A stretch of 64,000 nt of DNA. Origin: Octopus bimaculoides (lineage: Eukaryota). A program made the translations under genes and the position numbers. Below, piece after piece: positions 51,558 through 64,000 of this stretch (the first letter of the stretch is position 1; every line of letters starts with the position of its first letter). The stretch spans positions 21,592,163-21,656,162 of the forward strand of contig NC_068993.1 of assembly GCF_001194135.2 (NCBI RefSeq), written 5' to 3'. The notes under the pieces were generated by a model. The model had not been told where the DNA came from and did not search any database. It saw only the letters and a program-made list of their open reading frames with translations.

Positions 51558-51864
51558 AGTGAAACTCACTACGACTTTTGTCCAGGTCATGAAGCTTGTC
51601 TTCAAAATACAGAAGACAATGATCATAATCGAATGGCTAGAGTTTCTTCCCTCTCAGGGTTATGTTATTTTCGGAGTATTTTCTCATTATGCACCGTTTT
51701 GGGTATTTATGAAAACCCCCAAAACACACCCATATCCCAGGAATCCTTAGTCCGATTTATGCGAAACTTGTTTTATTCTGTTTGTGTTCACCTTAATTCA
51801 TAGTAGCTTTCCATTATGCACCAGTTTGGTTGTATTAAAAAACAGAAAGCAATCAAAAAGTTTT

Positions 51865-51896
<32 letters not shown>

Positions 51897-52625
51897 TTAG
51901 ATAGATAGATAGCAAGTATGCATTGTAAGAACTACTCAATATATAACCTACTCATAAGAAAATTGATAAATTATAGGTTGATGTTGCAGTTTCGAGATAA
52001 TCTTCAGAGTACTACAATGAGACAGATATGAAAGGCAATTGAAGTTCGTTAAAATGTTTAACAAGCCAAATTAAGTCAATATAAAACATTGCCGCCAACC
52101 ATATTTATTAAAATTTTCTCGAATCTTGCGCGAATTTTGAACTTTCAACCAATCAAAGAATATTTCAGAAGACATCAAATATTATAATGAATGCTCGGTG
52201 AGAAGCTACTTTAATAATAAAATGAATTACATCTGAATCACCTGGTCCGAGAGTAAGAAAAGAAGGAAAGGAAAATTAATCGTGTACTTTACTCAATATG
52301 ATAGTAGCTTCGCCATTGACTCGGATCTTCATTAAACTACTTGAATTATTAATAGTTCCTTTTGAACTATAATTATTACTAGATAATTAAGTATTTAATA
52401 AAATCTCTAATACACTTTCGTATTCTGCAGTTAAACTGTGACAGTAATTTAGCACATTATAACAAATCCAGAATTACTAAATTTGACACAATCATTAAGC
52501 AAGACAATAAAATCTTGTGCATGAGCCATTACATCAATAAATGTCACCGAGAAGCTATCTGCATGGTTAGAGATACTCTTTAAAACTTTTTATTATCAAT
52601 GAGAATTCGATGCATATATTAGAGA

Positions 52626-52627
<2 letters not shown>

Positions 52628-52697
<70 letters not shown>

Positions 52698-55300
52698 CAT
52701 TATTATTATTATTTCACGTGTTTTCACTGCACTACCGAGCGCAGCTCTGTGTATGTACAGTGGTTTGTTGTAGTGCTCTTATTTCGACTGTATAAAAAGT
52801 ATTTTACGTAGGATGTGTGCGGTGCCTGGTAGTGCTAATTTCTGTGTTATATACACTTCTGTTAGCTCTTTTGGGGTATTTGTCATTGAGAGGTTTTTCT
52901 TGCCATTTATCAGTCAGAATATCTAAGACAGCAGTTTTAGCACGGGTTTTCATGCGCTTAGCTTTTTCTGCGTTTGCTTCTTGTATGACTAATTCCGAAA
53001 TTTGTTGTATTTGGAATTCACTTAGGTATTCCTTTGCTTGTTTTGTTACTGAGTATGATGCATTCTTCTTTTCATGTTTTGAGACAAGTTTTTCAGGTAA
53101 GTGTTTAGGCCAATTGTGGCAATCTTCATTGTTAATGCCAGTTGTAAAAGTCTACGGCCTCCCTCTTTTCTTGGCAGATAAAGTCGTTCTATATCTGCCT
53201 TAGTTTTCGTATTTTTCTGTCAAAATTATATTTTTCAGTAAATTGACCAGTTAATGATATTGAAACTGTAAGTCACGACTGGTTTGGCTAGAGCATTGAT
53301 CACTTCGATCCTGTTTCTTGCTTTCAGCTGTCTTGAGTATTGCTTTCACTCTGCGATAACATTCTCTCCTGATCCTTTCCCTTATCACTGAATGCCTGAT
53401 TCCGTCCCGTTCAAGTACCACTAGGTATTTATAGCTTTCTGCTGGTTCTAACTCTTTTATAACATTCTGCTGGTCAAGGTTAACGTTAGATATTCATTGT
53501 TACTGTTCAAATTCAGAGTGGTTCTCCATGATCTCATACTTACAGACAAAACGTTTCGCAGAGTAGGCGCTATTTTATACATTTCCAGACATTTCTTAAT
53601 CCATTTCTTAATCCATCAATGTGGTAGGCTATCAAAAGCTTTTTTATAGTCTATCCAGGCTATCGACAAGTTTTTGTGTCGTTTGTAACAATCTTCTAAG
53701 ATCATCTTATTGTTGAGTAGCTGATCTTTACAACCATAAGATCCACGTTTACATCCTTTTTGCTCATTAGGGAATATGCCACTTTCTATTAAAATATTAT
53801 AGGTATATTCACATTGTTGTTAAGCAGGTTATGGGTCTACAATTTTTTGGTTCATTTGTTTCTTCATCTTTTGGAAACAGTCATGTTACACCCTAAACTA
53901 GCCAAGAGGGAATCATACTAGATTTTTGCAAAACATTATTGCAAATTGTTGTTAGCAGTTCATAACTCTCTGGGAAGCCGTTGAAACAGAAGTTAGGAAT
54001 TTAATCCTTTCGTGGAGACTTTCATTTGTTTGATTTTCTGATTGCTGATCTTACATCCTCTATTTTCATACCGCCCCCACTTTTGCTTTTTTAAGGAGTC
54101 CAAGTTTGTAGATATTCTATCAATCCAAAGGCCTTTTTCATTGCTTGTTTTTTCTTCTGTCCAACTTTTATTCCAAACTCCCTGCACTTTTGATGGGACA
54201 GAATTTAGTGTAACTGGTATTTTCCCTATCTTCTTGTATTTTTTAACATGTCTTTGAAGAATCTAACGCGCTTTTCATACCTTGCTATGCGGGCAGCTTT
54301 AGCACATACCTTTTGCTTGATGGTTTCTATGGTGGTTCTTTATTTTCGGAATTTTGTTGGCTTGATAGTCTTGTCAAACTTAAGGTATTTGAAACATTCT
54401 ATGTCAGAATACATTCTTGACAAGTAGGCTTTTTGTGGGAATGTTGTCGTTTTCTAATCTTTCACCACATAGAATCGTTGACATTTTCGCGGATGCATAG
54501 TACAGGTGGTTGAAATTTGTAATATCAACATCATAAGCTGAAATTATATCCTTAAGTGCAAGGCGGGTTTTATGCGATTATTTTCAGGTTTTGGCTAGAA
54601 TTGCGAATTTTGGGGAGATTGTCGCGTTCATGCATACTGGTTTCTTTAAATTTCAGCTTACTTATTTAATTTGGTCAATCTCTAATTCGGTTAGTAATTT
54701 CTTTTTCATAATGTTTCTTCTGTCGTTGGCAAGTTTATTACTGTCTATGTAGGGTATTACTTCAAGGTGTTTCTGCACCCTGCTTAAGTTAGTTTGTTCA
54801 GTATTAGAATTATTTGTAGAGAAATATATGGTATGATAGAAGACAGTAAGAACTACTTTATTATCTCCTCTGGACCATTTTTCATTCCTTTTCGTTAGGT
54901 TATTTGATGACGGGCATGGATAGCCATCTGTTGGAATATTCCGCTTGTGGAGTACTTCCAGCTCCTGTGTTTCGGGACGATTTGAACCAGTTGCTGATTT
55001 TTCGCATCGAATCCCGTTGAACATTCGATTACGCGATCGCTGGTGTTCTGGCTGACGGCGATCCGGTTTGTATTTTGCTTTGTTATCAATGAGGCATGAC
55101 GAGCTTCGACATTGACATTAGGGGATGGATCTGTCTGTTTAGGGTCAATTTTTTGAAATAATGTAACGTGGCTTCTTAAGGCTAACAGACCTGTATTCGT
55201 CTGTATCTTTTATTTGATAGATTTATCTCCGGGTATAGATTTTTGTGGTGTTTCTAAACTTATTCTTTGTCCACTCTGTGTTAGTGCGAAAAGTAAAAAA
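52628..55300 (-). mobile_element. Internally deleted, near full-span Dong/R4-clade element with (TAA)n tail at 52628-52712
   Basis: N-terminal RNEKWSRGDNKVV...YIDSNKLANDRRNIMKKKLLTELEIDQIK; RT motifs [10 protein letters not shown] and [29 protein letters not shown]; C-terminal QKLALPGTAHILRK. The 5' boundary is approximate. Confidence 0.92.
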
Positions 55301-55781
55301 ATTATTTTGTTTTGTTCTTTGTTTTTGGTGCGCTTGTGACACGTGTTTCCATATGTGTGTATGAGTGTCCTGTAAATTTCACGTAGTTGTGTAAACATTA
55401 GGATGTATGCTTGGTCCTATGGGTATTAAAATGTATATATGATCGTGTAGACATTCGAGTGTATGCGTAATAAGTCAATTTTTATTATTACTGTTTTGCT
55501 CCATTTATATTGTACAATTTATAAACTATCCGGTGTTGATTTCGCGTGTGTTTCGCACATGTTTCACTGAGACATCGTGCATAGGAGAAACTGTGCTTTG
55601 TTTGACAGTAAAATTTCGTTTTTGTGATTATTTTCGTTAACAGACCGCTTCCTTCACAGTTTCTTTTATCTCATTCCGCCGATGTGATGTTATTATATTA
55701 GATTTGTTTTTGAAAGGAAAGCCAGGTGTAGCACATCCATGTTGTTATTCAGCGCGGAGCTCTTCATTATTATTATATTAT

Positions 55782-55868
55782 TCGACCCTCGTGCGCAACT
55801 GGTAATTTATTTAGCGACCCCGAAAGTCTAAAGGCAAATTTGCTGAGGTCGACATTACCTTTCATCGT
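55782..55868. mobile_element. Rearranged SINE family B piece
   Basis: cgaccc...aactggtaatttattt.gcgaccccgaaag (minus sense) joined to gaggtcgacattacctttcatc (plus sense). Confidence 0.65.
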
Positions 55869-56751
55869 NNNNNNNNNNNNNNNNNNNNNNNNNNNNNNNN
55901 NNNNNNNNNNNNNNNNNNNNNNNNNNNNNNNNNNNNNNNNNNNNNNNNNNNNNNNNNNNNNNNNNNNNNNNNNNNNNNNNNNNNNNNNNNNNNNNNNNNN
56001 NNNNNNNNNNNNNNNNNNNNNNNNNNNNNNNNNNNNNNNNNNNNNNNNNNNNNNNNNNNNNNNNNNNNNNNNNNNNNNNNNNNNNNNNNNNNNNNNNNNN
56101 NNNNNNNNNNNNNNNNNNNNNNNNNNNNNNNNNNNNNNNNNNNNNNNNNNNNNNNNNNNNNNNNNNNNNNNNNNNNNNNNNNNNNNNNNNNNNNNNNNNN
56201 NNNNNNNNNNNNNNNNNNNNNNNNNNNNNNNNNNNNNNNNNNNNNNNNNNNNNNNNNNNNNNNNNNNNNNNNNNNNNNNNNNNNNNNNNNNNNNNNNNNN
56301 NNNNNNNNNNNNNNNNNNNNNNNNNNNNNNNNNNNNNNNNNNNNNNNNNNNNNNNNNNNNNNNNNNNNNNNNNNNNNNNNNNNNNNNNNNNNNNNNNNNN
56401 NNNNNNNNNNNNNNNNNNNNNNNNNNNNNNNNNNNNNNNNNNNNNNNNNNNNNNNNNNNNNNNNNNNNNNNNNNNNNNNNNNNNNNNNNNNNNNNNNNNN
56501 NNNNNNNNNNNNNNNNNNNNNNNNNNNNNNNNNNNNNNNNNNNNNNNNNNNNNNNNNNNNNNNNNNNNNNNNNNNNNNNNNNNNNNNNNNNNNNNNNNNN
56601 NNNNNNNNNNNNNNNNNNNNNNNNNNNNNNNNNNNNNNNNNNNNNNNNNNNNNNNNNNNNNNNNNNNNNNNNNNNNNNNNNNNNNNNNNNNNNNNNNNNN
56701 NNNNNNNNNNNNNNNNNNNNNNNNNNNNNNNNNNNNNNNNNNNNNNNNNNN
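55869..56751. other. Assembly gap
   Basis: Run of N. Confidence 1.
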
Positions 56752-57047
56752 TTTAGTTTGGATTTCATTTGTTTTATAGCTTTTGTTGTTTCTTCTTCTT
56801 CTTCGTATTTATTAGGCAGTATGATTTCTTGTTTGTATTTGTCAGCCTCCTTAAATACAGAAAACAGTTTATGGTTTTGTTCGTATTTTGTGGCTATTTG
56901 TATTAGTTTTCCTTGCCTCTGAAGTAGGTATTTTTGCAGTTCTATGGTGGTTATTTTATAATAGTTTTCCAGCTGTATAAGGCCTCTTCCACCTTCTATA
57001 TGTTGTATACATAGCCTTTCTATGTCAGATTTTGGGTGGTGCATCTT
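56752..57047 (-). mobile_element. Dong/R4-clade fragment (post-RT region) running into the gap
   Basis: MHHPKSDIERLCIQHIEGGRGLIQLENYYKITTIELQKY (consensus HHPKxDxxRLYxxRxxGGRGL). Confidence 0.92.
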
Positions 57048-57082
57048 AGATTATTATTATTATTATTATCATTATTATTATT

Positions 57083-57117
<35 letters not shown>

Positions 57118-57124
57118 TATTGTC

Positions 57125-57380
57125 CTAGTGCATGTTAATATAGGTAGCAGGTCTTTTATATTGATCCGAGAACAAGTCTCCTCAAATCTGAAGTGTTTCT
57201 TAGGATTCTCGAAGAATGTAGGATATGTTTCCAGTCTCTTTCAGTCTTTTAGGCAGTATTTTGGATGTTGTGCTAAGCACATCAATTACTACAGGAATAA
57301 TTGTCGTCCTGATCTTCCACAGTGTGACCAGCCCAGCTCTCTGTCTAGATCCTGATGCTTCTCAATTTGTTTCCATGACT
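57125..57380 (-). mobile_element. Dong/R4-clade extreme 3' fragment
   Basis: Similar to the 3' end at about 40300-40520 (aaatctcctcaaatct...aggatat/ttttcagtc...ctagatcctgat); translates as ..LWKIRTTIIPVVIDVL; tail tract at 57048-57121. Confidence 0.8.
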
Positions 57381-57454
57381 TTTTTGTTGTTGTTGTTGCT
57401 GTTGTTTTTATTCTTCTTCTTATTGTTATCATTATTATTATTATTATTAATGTA

Positions 57455-57545
57455 GCGACCTGGCAGAGTTGTTAGGATGCCGGGAAAAATGCTTAGCAGC
57501 ATTCCGTCCGTCTTTAGGTCTATCAAAAGAGCTGAGTACTTTATG
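57455..57545 (+). mobile_element. SINE family B 5' part
   Basis: cctggcagagttgttaggatgccgggaaaaatgcttagcagcattccgtccgtcttta. Confidence 0.75.
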
Positions 57546-60500
57546 CAACTGTGCTCCCCTGCACAGTTTACAAGAAAATGCAAATTCCCTGGAGATCTTC
57601 TAACAACATAATTTTATATTTCTTGATTCCTTTTCGTATTTCCAATTAATTTTATGGACCCAACTGGAAAATGGAGAGCTCTCACAACTCTCTGGTACGT
57701 ATTTTTTTAATCCTTCAGACATTCAGACATGGGTTTTCTTGTGTGAGTTTTTACTTATTACAAAATAATTTGGAATCTCACAAGAGCAAAATTTTAACAC
57801 ATACTATTTCTAGATATATTTTAGCTATTTTCTACTGGTCAAATGCATTTTATCGGTCAATTTTGGATTAGCCTTCAAAGAATTATTATAAGATCACTAT
57901 TATAGATGTGTTTATTTCTTCTTCAGTTTGTATTCTATTTTTAGGTACTGATGTTAAATATCTGTTTTTTGTTCTACTAGTATCAACTCAAATTTTGAAG
58001 GGGTCAAATATTGTGCAATAAATAGAGACATATTATTATATTGTGGACCAGATCAGTCTAATAAACATGCGAGCATTAAACAATATCTTTACCGAGAAAT
58101 TATACCAGTTCATTATATCTAATTCTTTTATTCTGTATCAATACTAGCGGTCGCTAATCTCCTTATTCTATGTAGACTACTATGTTGTCATGTAGGACGT
58201 AATTTTAGAAAGGAAAACAATCTATCTAAGTACTCGCTTAAACAATATTTACGACTTAACCATTTTCATTAGAATATTTCAGTCTCTAAATTCTCTAAAT
58301 TTCCCATCAAGTGAAGTATCATCTTTAGTTATTTCTTTTATGAACAAGCAAGTTCTACAGCGTCAGTTTCTGTAATTAGATAACCTCAGCTGCTGATGAA
58401 TATCGAGTTGCTAAGAGACAAAACAAATTGCTTTTTCCCATTGGCCTTTCCAATTGATTTTTGGGGGTCTTCTCAATATTAACCATTTTCAAGGAATAAA
58501 ATGCCATACTGACCTTCAACAATAATCAATGGTCCATAGAACCATTACTCGTCTCATGTGGTAATGGGGTAGATTAGAGGGAAAATGTTGGGCATCAGAA
58601 TTAGCAACACAACTGAGCTTCAGTGAAAAAGTTTATTTCACTTTTGTTTTTAGTAATAGAAAGCTGTAAATGAAACCGATACATATTTGCAAATTTTAAA
58701 TATATTTGGAGACTTTATTTAGATGGTGCAATTTTAAGTCCTGTTCTCACCGTCAAATAATGACAACATTATTTAATCTCTCATTTTTGCCCATAGGATT
58801 TATATAAGAAAAGATGTTATCAGCACATCAAAAATATTAAAAAACACATTAATATATCGGTAGCAAAAGAAAGCGGTAATTGAAAAGTTACTGATGCTGC
58901 AATTGCGTCTATTACGTATACATTCTCAAGCCGAATACTGCGGACCGCAGTCTGCGGTTAAACAGGCTTTCGAAAAGTATAGTATACAGAGAAACACACA
59001 AACACACAGACGCAGACAGACAGACACACACGCACACACACACGCACACACACACACACTAACACATATTATATATGTATGTATATACATGCAGGCATAT
59101 ATACGTTTATATCAAACTCTCATATATATATACAGAAGAACTGAAGTTAATGTTACATTCAAAATAAATCGGACCTAGTAGCATTTTATACATAGAAGTG
59201 TCTGTTGTCTATTATCTGTAACAAAACATCTTCATCGTAATTAAATATTATAGATTCACAATAAATACCAAAAGAAAAATACAGAGAATAGAAAATAATG
59301 TACATTCTATCACCGCACATGAGGCTCAGATCTGACTTACAAAACACATAAAACACGAAAAAATATTGTTGCTATGCAACAGTTAACTTTGAATACGTTC
59401 GTTTTCTAATAGAATTGGCTTAAACGCCTTTGGTCGTAGACAAATTCGGTTGCAGCTGACCTCGACTCAAACTTTATAAATACAGATACTTATACAAGCA
59501 TACATAGATGCTTACATACATACATACAGACAGACAGATAGACAGACAGGCACACACACACACACACACGTACACAGAAACGCATATGTATATATATATA
59601 TTTATAAGATCACTGTAATAGATATATCTGCAGTGAGTTAAGTAAGCAACTTCACCGCTACAAACTTCAAGTATGAAGTAACTTGTGACACTAATAAAAA
59701 GAAAATCTAAAGAGGACAGAGATCACGATGCACTACTGTATTTTGCTGCAAATATAAGACTAAATTTCTCGAAGATTCTACTTTTAAACATCACTGCTAC
59801 ACTACTAATCTACACAAATCAACGAGAGAAAGAAAGTCCATGATGTCACATGACATGCTAGAAGTAGTAACCAAATCTACTTGAATTCGTATATTAAAAG
59901 ATACGAAGACATTAGCTAATATGTTATGTATCTCTAAAATGACAGAAAAATCCAGGTTCCACATATTTTATCATGTGTTTGCCCGATTAGGTGTGAGGCC
60001 CCCTAATGCTCAGCTACTACACTACAGTGGAAGTACTTTATAGAAATAAATATTCGGCAGCAATATATTGTACATACTATACTGTGACGAAGCAAATGCT
60101 AGAGGACATTTGAACTCTATAATATAACGGCTCAAAATTAAAAGAACCTACATGACTTATAGGGTGTTCTAGTGATCCTGTTTCTGTCCAGCATTAAATT
60201 AATTAAACTACATGTATAACTGGCGTACAAAGAAATACTGAGACCATTTAAAATCTAATTCTGTATATTACTTTCGTTCATCTTTTATAAAGATTTATTC
60301 ATTCATCGAAAATGCATAGCGTTTACAGATACAAAAGGAAGAAGTTAGATAGAAAGTAGAAAATAAATAAGATAAAATTTAGTTTAAGTTTAAGGAAAAC
60401 GATATATATGCTACTTGGCCAAAAATCGCTCTGAAGTAGTTCTTGTGCTAGGACGAACGCCTAGCGAGGTTTTGTGGGTGTTCGTAAATTTCCATGGAAA

Positions 60501-61541
60501 ACTTTATCAAAAACCATTTTTCAATGCTATGGTCCATCTCCTCTCAGATCAGTACATCTCCAATGTATTCTGCATTAAATAACTAAGAAACAAATTTCAT
60601 TTACGTTGTTTTTCGCTTTCTGACTAAAGAGTAAGAAGTGTGACTCTTTCTGCAGAAAAATATTCCTAACGTGGGGCTACTCTTTTTGAGTTATATTTGG
60701 AGAAAAGAAGGCTCCAAAGATTTCCCTTATGTTTAATTTCGAAGTTTCTGGTTATTACTTCGCTTGGAGAAATGCGTGTGCATGATTGCTGCCGCTTTAT
60801 ATTACTCAAAATAATGTTATTTAATGACAGATAAATTGTATTCGTTTCTCCTGAAATAGACATGCTGTACAAAGAAAATTAATTATTTATTTTCTTCTCT
60901 CTCTAAAGCAAATAATATTGAATGTTCCTGGGATAAAAGTTTCGATTGTGTATAGGAGTAAAAACTTTGAAAATTTAATTACTTTTCATTCAAAGTGGCT
61001 GATATCACTTGAAAAAGTTAAATTCGCTATTATCTATTTAGAAGGTCTGTTTAATGAGCACTTATTCTCACTAACACAAAACATTTTTGTGTGACACTCA
61101 TTCATTGACTCACTAGGAATTTGCAAGGAGTAAATTGAAAACACTACTCCACACACTTCGTAACACAAAGAAAATGATGTTAGAGGATGATATTTACGCA
61201 ATCTAAAAAAATTCTTCAAAAAACTAGATTGGTAATTAAAGCCATCGCATTACCAAATTAACACATCGCAAATGACATTAAAAACCAAACCTAAAGGTCA
61301 AATAATTGACAGAGACAAAGGTAGTATCACATGACTGCTGTTGTAGAAGATTAACGGTTAAAAATCCCTTTGCCGCAAAAGACTACATTAATTGAACCTG
61401 TGTATAAAGAAAAACACAGACGTGAAAGTCTGGAAACGTCACAGTTTAGGAAGTATATTTTTCTAAACTAACTGCGAAAGATTAATAAGATGATATACAT
61501 GCACATGTGTTCATGTTTGTATATAGATGTATAAATACAAT

Positions 61542-61589
<48 letters not shown>

Positions 61590-61959
61590 CAGGCACATAC
61601 ACAGATAGGTAAATAGACAGATAGATAAATAGATAAATAGATAGATATATTAATGTATAATAAATGTCAAAGATAGGCCACATTTGTATAAATCCCTCCC
61701 TAACATCGGCCATCATGCAATCTTGCTAGTTGAAACTTTTCATTCTAACATAGCACATATGAGAGTTCTCTTCGTATCACTCCGTAAAATCAGCGGGGAA
61801 GTGAAGTGGCTCAGTTCCTCAGGGAATGAAGCATTGTTTTTTGTAATAAACTCCTCTGTTTACTTTCACCATTATCATATACATTGTTTTTTTCATTTTC
61901 CCGATATTTATTTCTAATCTGTTAGCATTTTACTCCACGTTATATATCCTCACTATTTT

Positions 61960-62750
61960 CGCAGGATGAGCTCAGTGAAATATTGATCGGACGATCTTGT
62001 TGGCCATAAGTTGGAAGAAGGGAAACCTCAACTCTTGAGAATTCTATCCTTTTTGCTCCAGCAATCTGTCGTGCCGAGAGTAAGAAGATACCATGCTGAC
62101 TGCAATATGAGTTACAACAAGTAGTGCTGTAGCAGTAACACATGTTTTGGTCTTCTACTCTCTTATTTGCGTCTGAGAATCTTATTCTTGTTTCTGCTTC
62201 TGCTGTTGCTTGCTACAAAACTTCGTCATTTCCGGCTTTTCGCATTCTAGGCTGTCGGTCTTCATTTTGTTTGCACAGAAACACTCGAGCTAGTTCTATC
62301 TTTCGAAGCACACCCTAGATCTACCTAACGTACACTCTGCTTCTACAGCTGATTGTGGCTATGCCATAACATCGTTATCAAGAATCATCAGGATCTAGAT
62401 AACTATAAGGGCGTAAGTGACTACATAATACTGCATATCCTCTATGCACCCGTCACCTGCAAGTATTGCAAATATAACGAGAAACTTACGTGTACCGCAA
62501 TATTTCTGTCCGTGATTCTTGTATTTCTCATGGCTGTGTACTGCTGTACGATCCTCTGGGAAATCGTGTAATGAACGATCACGTCCTGGCCTCCACGGGT
62601 TTCAAACTCTGTTTTCAAAACACAGGCACTCTTCCATAAAACATACCCGCATCGGGTGGATAAAATATTTGAGCAAAGCAACTCTTTTCTCCTCATCGCA
62701 TCTCTTCCAGACATTTTATATTGCTTGTAATTGTCTCAGCTCTATTACAT
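61960..62750 (-). mobile_element. Highly decayed Hero-like non-LTR fragment (late RT and downstream region)
   Basis: SLKPVEART (FKPxKSRS), PQSAVEA (PLSTVEA), RKAGNDEVL*QATAEAETRIRFSD (RKWRAxEAVxQAESRLRHxD) and KRIEF..LLPT; weak but collinear. Confidence 0.45.
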
Positions 62751-63773
62751 CCCTACGAGAAAATGGTTGGTGCATTTCTGTAAATTTTTGTGTTCTCCTT
62801 AGTGCTTATTCTGTTTTTGTCGTTCAAGTTGATATTTTCACTACCTAACTGCATTTGTAATTGTCTCAAAAAAATATGTTCGAAAACAAGGAGTGATGAT
62901 GTACCTGTTTTTGCCATTCTTATTATCTGCCTTTATATTTAAAACGATTTGTAACAGATTCAAAATTATTTATTAATGATTTCTCCATGCTCTCATAGGT
63001 TTAATGGTGGACAAATGAAATCCAGATAACGATACCAAAGCGATTTATTAAATTATCAGCATAGTACATCTTGTAATCACACCGAACATGTGAAACACTA
63101 ACACCACCAAAGCAAACAAAAAAGAAGACACAAATGACATTCCCTACATTCTACATTCAAATAGAGGCGGTAACTATAGTAATACCATAAATAACAAGCG
63201 ATCATAAACATATAAAAAATAAACAAAACAGCGTAGATGTGACATACAAACACGATACTACAGCGCTAAATGTAAATGCTGCATACAGCTCGGGAGCATG
63301 ATGGCAAAAAAAATTGGTGTAGTAGAAATTTGCACGAATTATATAAGCAAAAAATTATCTACAACAGCGAGAGAAATATTAATAATGGGCAATAGATATA
63401 TTTCTTTTGGTGTATCCAAGAAAATTAATTGAAAATATCCTTCAGTAATTTATTCCTAAAGATTAAAGTACTGCATGAAACAGATTGAAAAATTAACAGG
63501 TACTATTTCAGCATATTAAGAAGTGCTGGATATTTGATAAGACATTCTGAAATAGGGAAGGCAAAGTATCTCTTCTAGTTGACGGCTGAGGAAATGAAGC
63601 TTCACGAAAATGCGTTCCAGTTGAGTGGAAATCAGAAAATATATGTTAAACGAGATCTGAGAGAACTTTTATCTTTGGGATAATCGGTTCATTATTAGGA
63701 AAAAATGCTGAACAGAAATTATACGAATAGAAATAATTTAGGCGATAGGTAGGTTCATAAGCTAAAGAATATA

Positions 63774-63813
63774 CACACACACACAATTACATGCGCACAC
63801 ACAGCTATTTAGT

Positions 63814-63856
<43 letters not shown>

Positions 63857-63892
63857 TGACATACACACGCACAAAAACACACACACACACGT
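63774..63892. repeat. (CA)n-rich microsatellite
   Basis: Direct reading. Confidence 0.95.
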
Positions 63893-64000
63893 ACATATAC
63901 TAAACAATGAGAGAGACACAGATATATTGAGAAACAGAATTGCATATATGGTGGAACAGATATAAATGTATATGTACGCAATTTACGCGTCTACTTGTTA

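Noticed and set aside
60447-60465. gctagg-acgaacg-cctagc hairpin as a Helitron 3' end or terminator
   Set aside because: There is no CTRR at the expected distance on either strand, and intrinsic terminators do not apply here.

Overview
This is AT-rich, microsatellite-dense eukaryotic scaffold sequence with seven N gaps (11700-11709, 17698-17944, 23171-23344, 29329-29916, 32145-32328, 40188-40197, 55869-56751). The SINE families, Dong/R4, RTE and Penelope content and the repeat density resemble an Octopus (coleoid cephalopod) genome; that is inference from recalled repeat families, not a search. I cannot support any complete host gene: there are only a few weak exon candidates, the best a - strand exon at 3543-3674. 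Most recognisable sequence is decayed mobile DNA. It includes a CR1-group LINE, RTE, two Hero-like and six Dong/R4 fragments, two coding Penelope-like elements, a Ty3/Gypsy gag-protease fragment, a full-length frameshifted Tc1 with TIRs and TA duplication, three mariner-type remnants, about 15 SINE copies and several MITE/foldback palindromes. The best leads are: (1) a Penelope 3' end with a tRNA-like Pol III promoter followed by an intact minimal hammerhead ribozyme, a retrozyme-like module at 35223-35440; (2) a Tc1 in the centre of about 600-bp inverted arms that end in hammerhead-like motifs; (3) several long foldbacks (6932-7286, 28719-28973, 43163-43331, 50587-51218). No prokaryotic system or CRISPR array is present. 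All translations, pairings and identities were done by eye.
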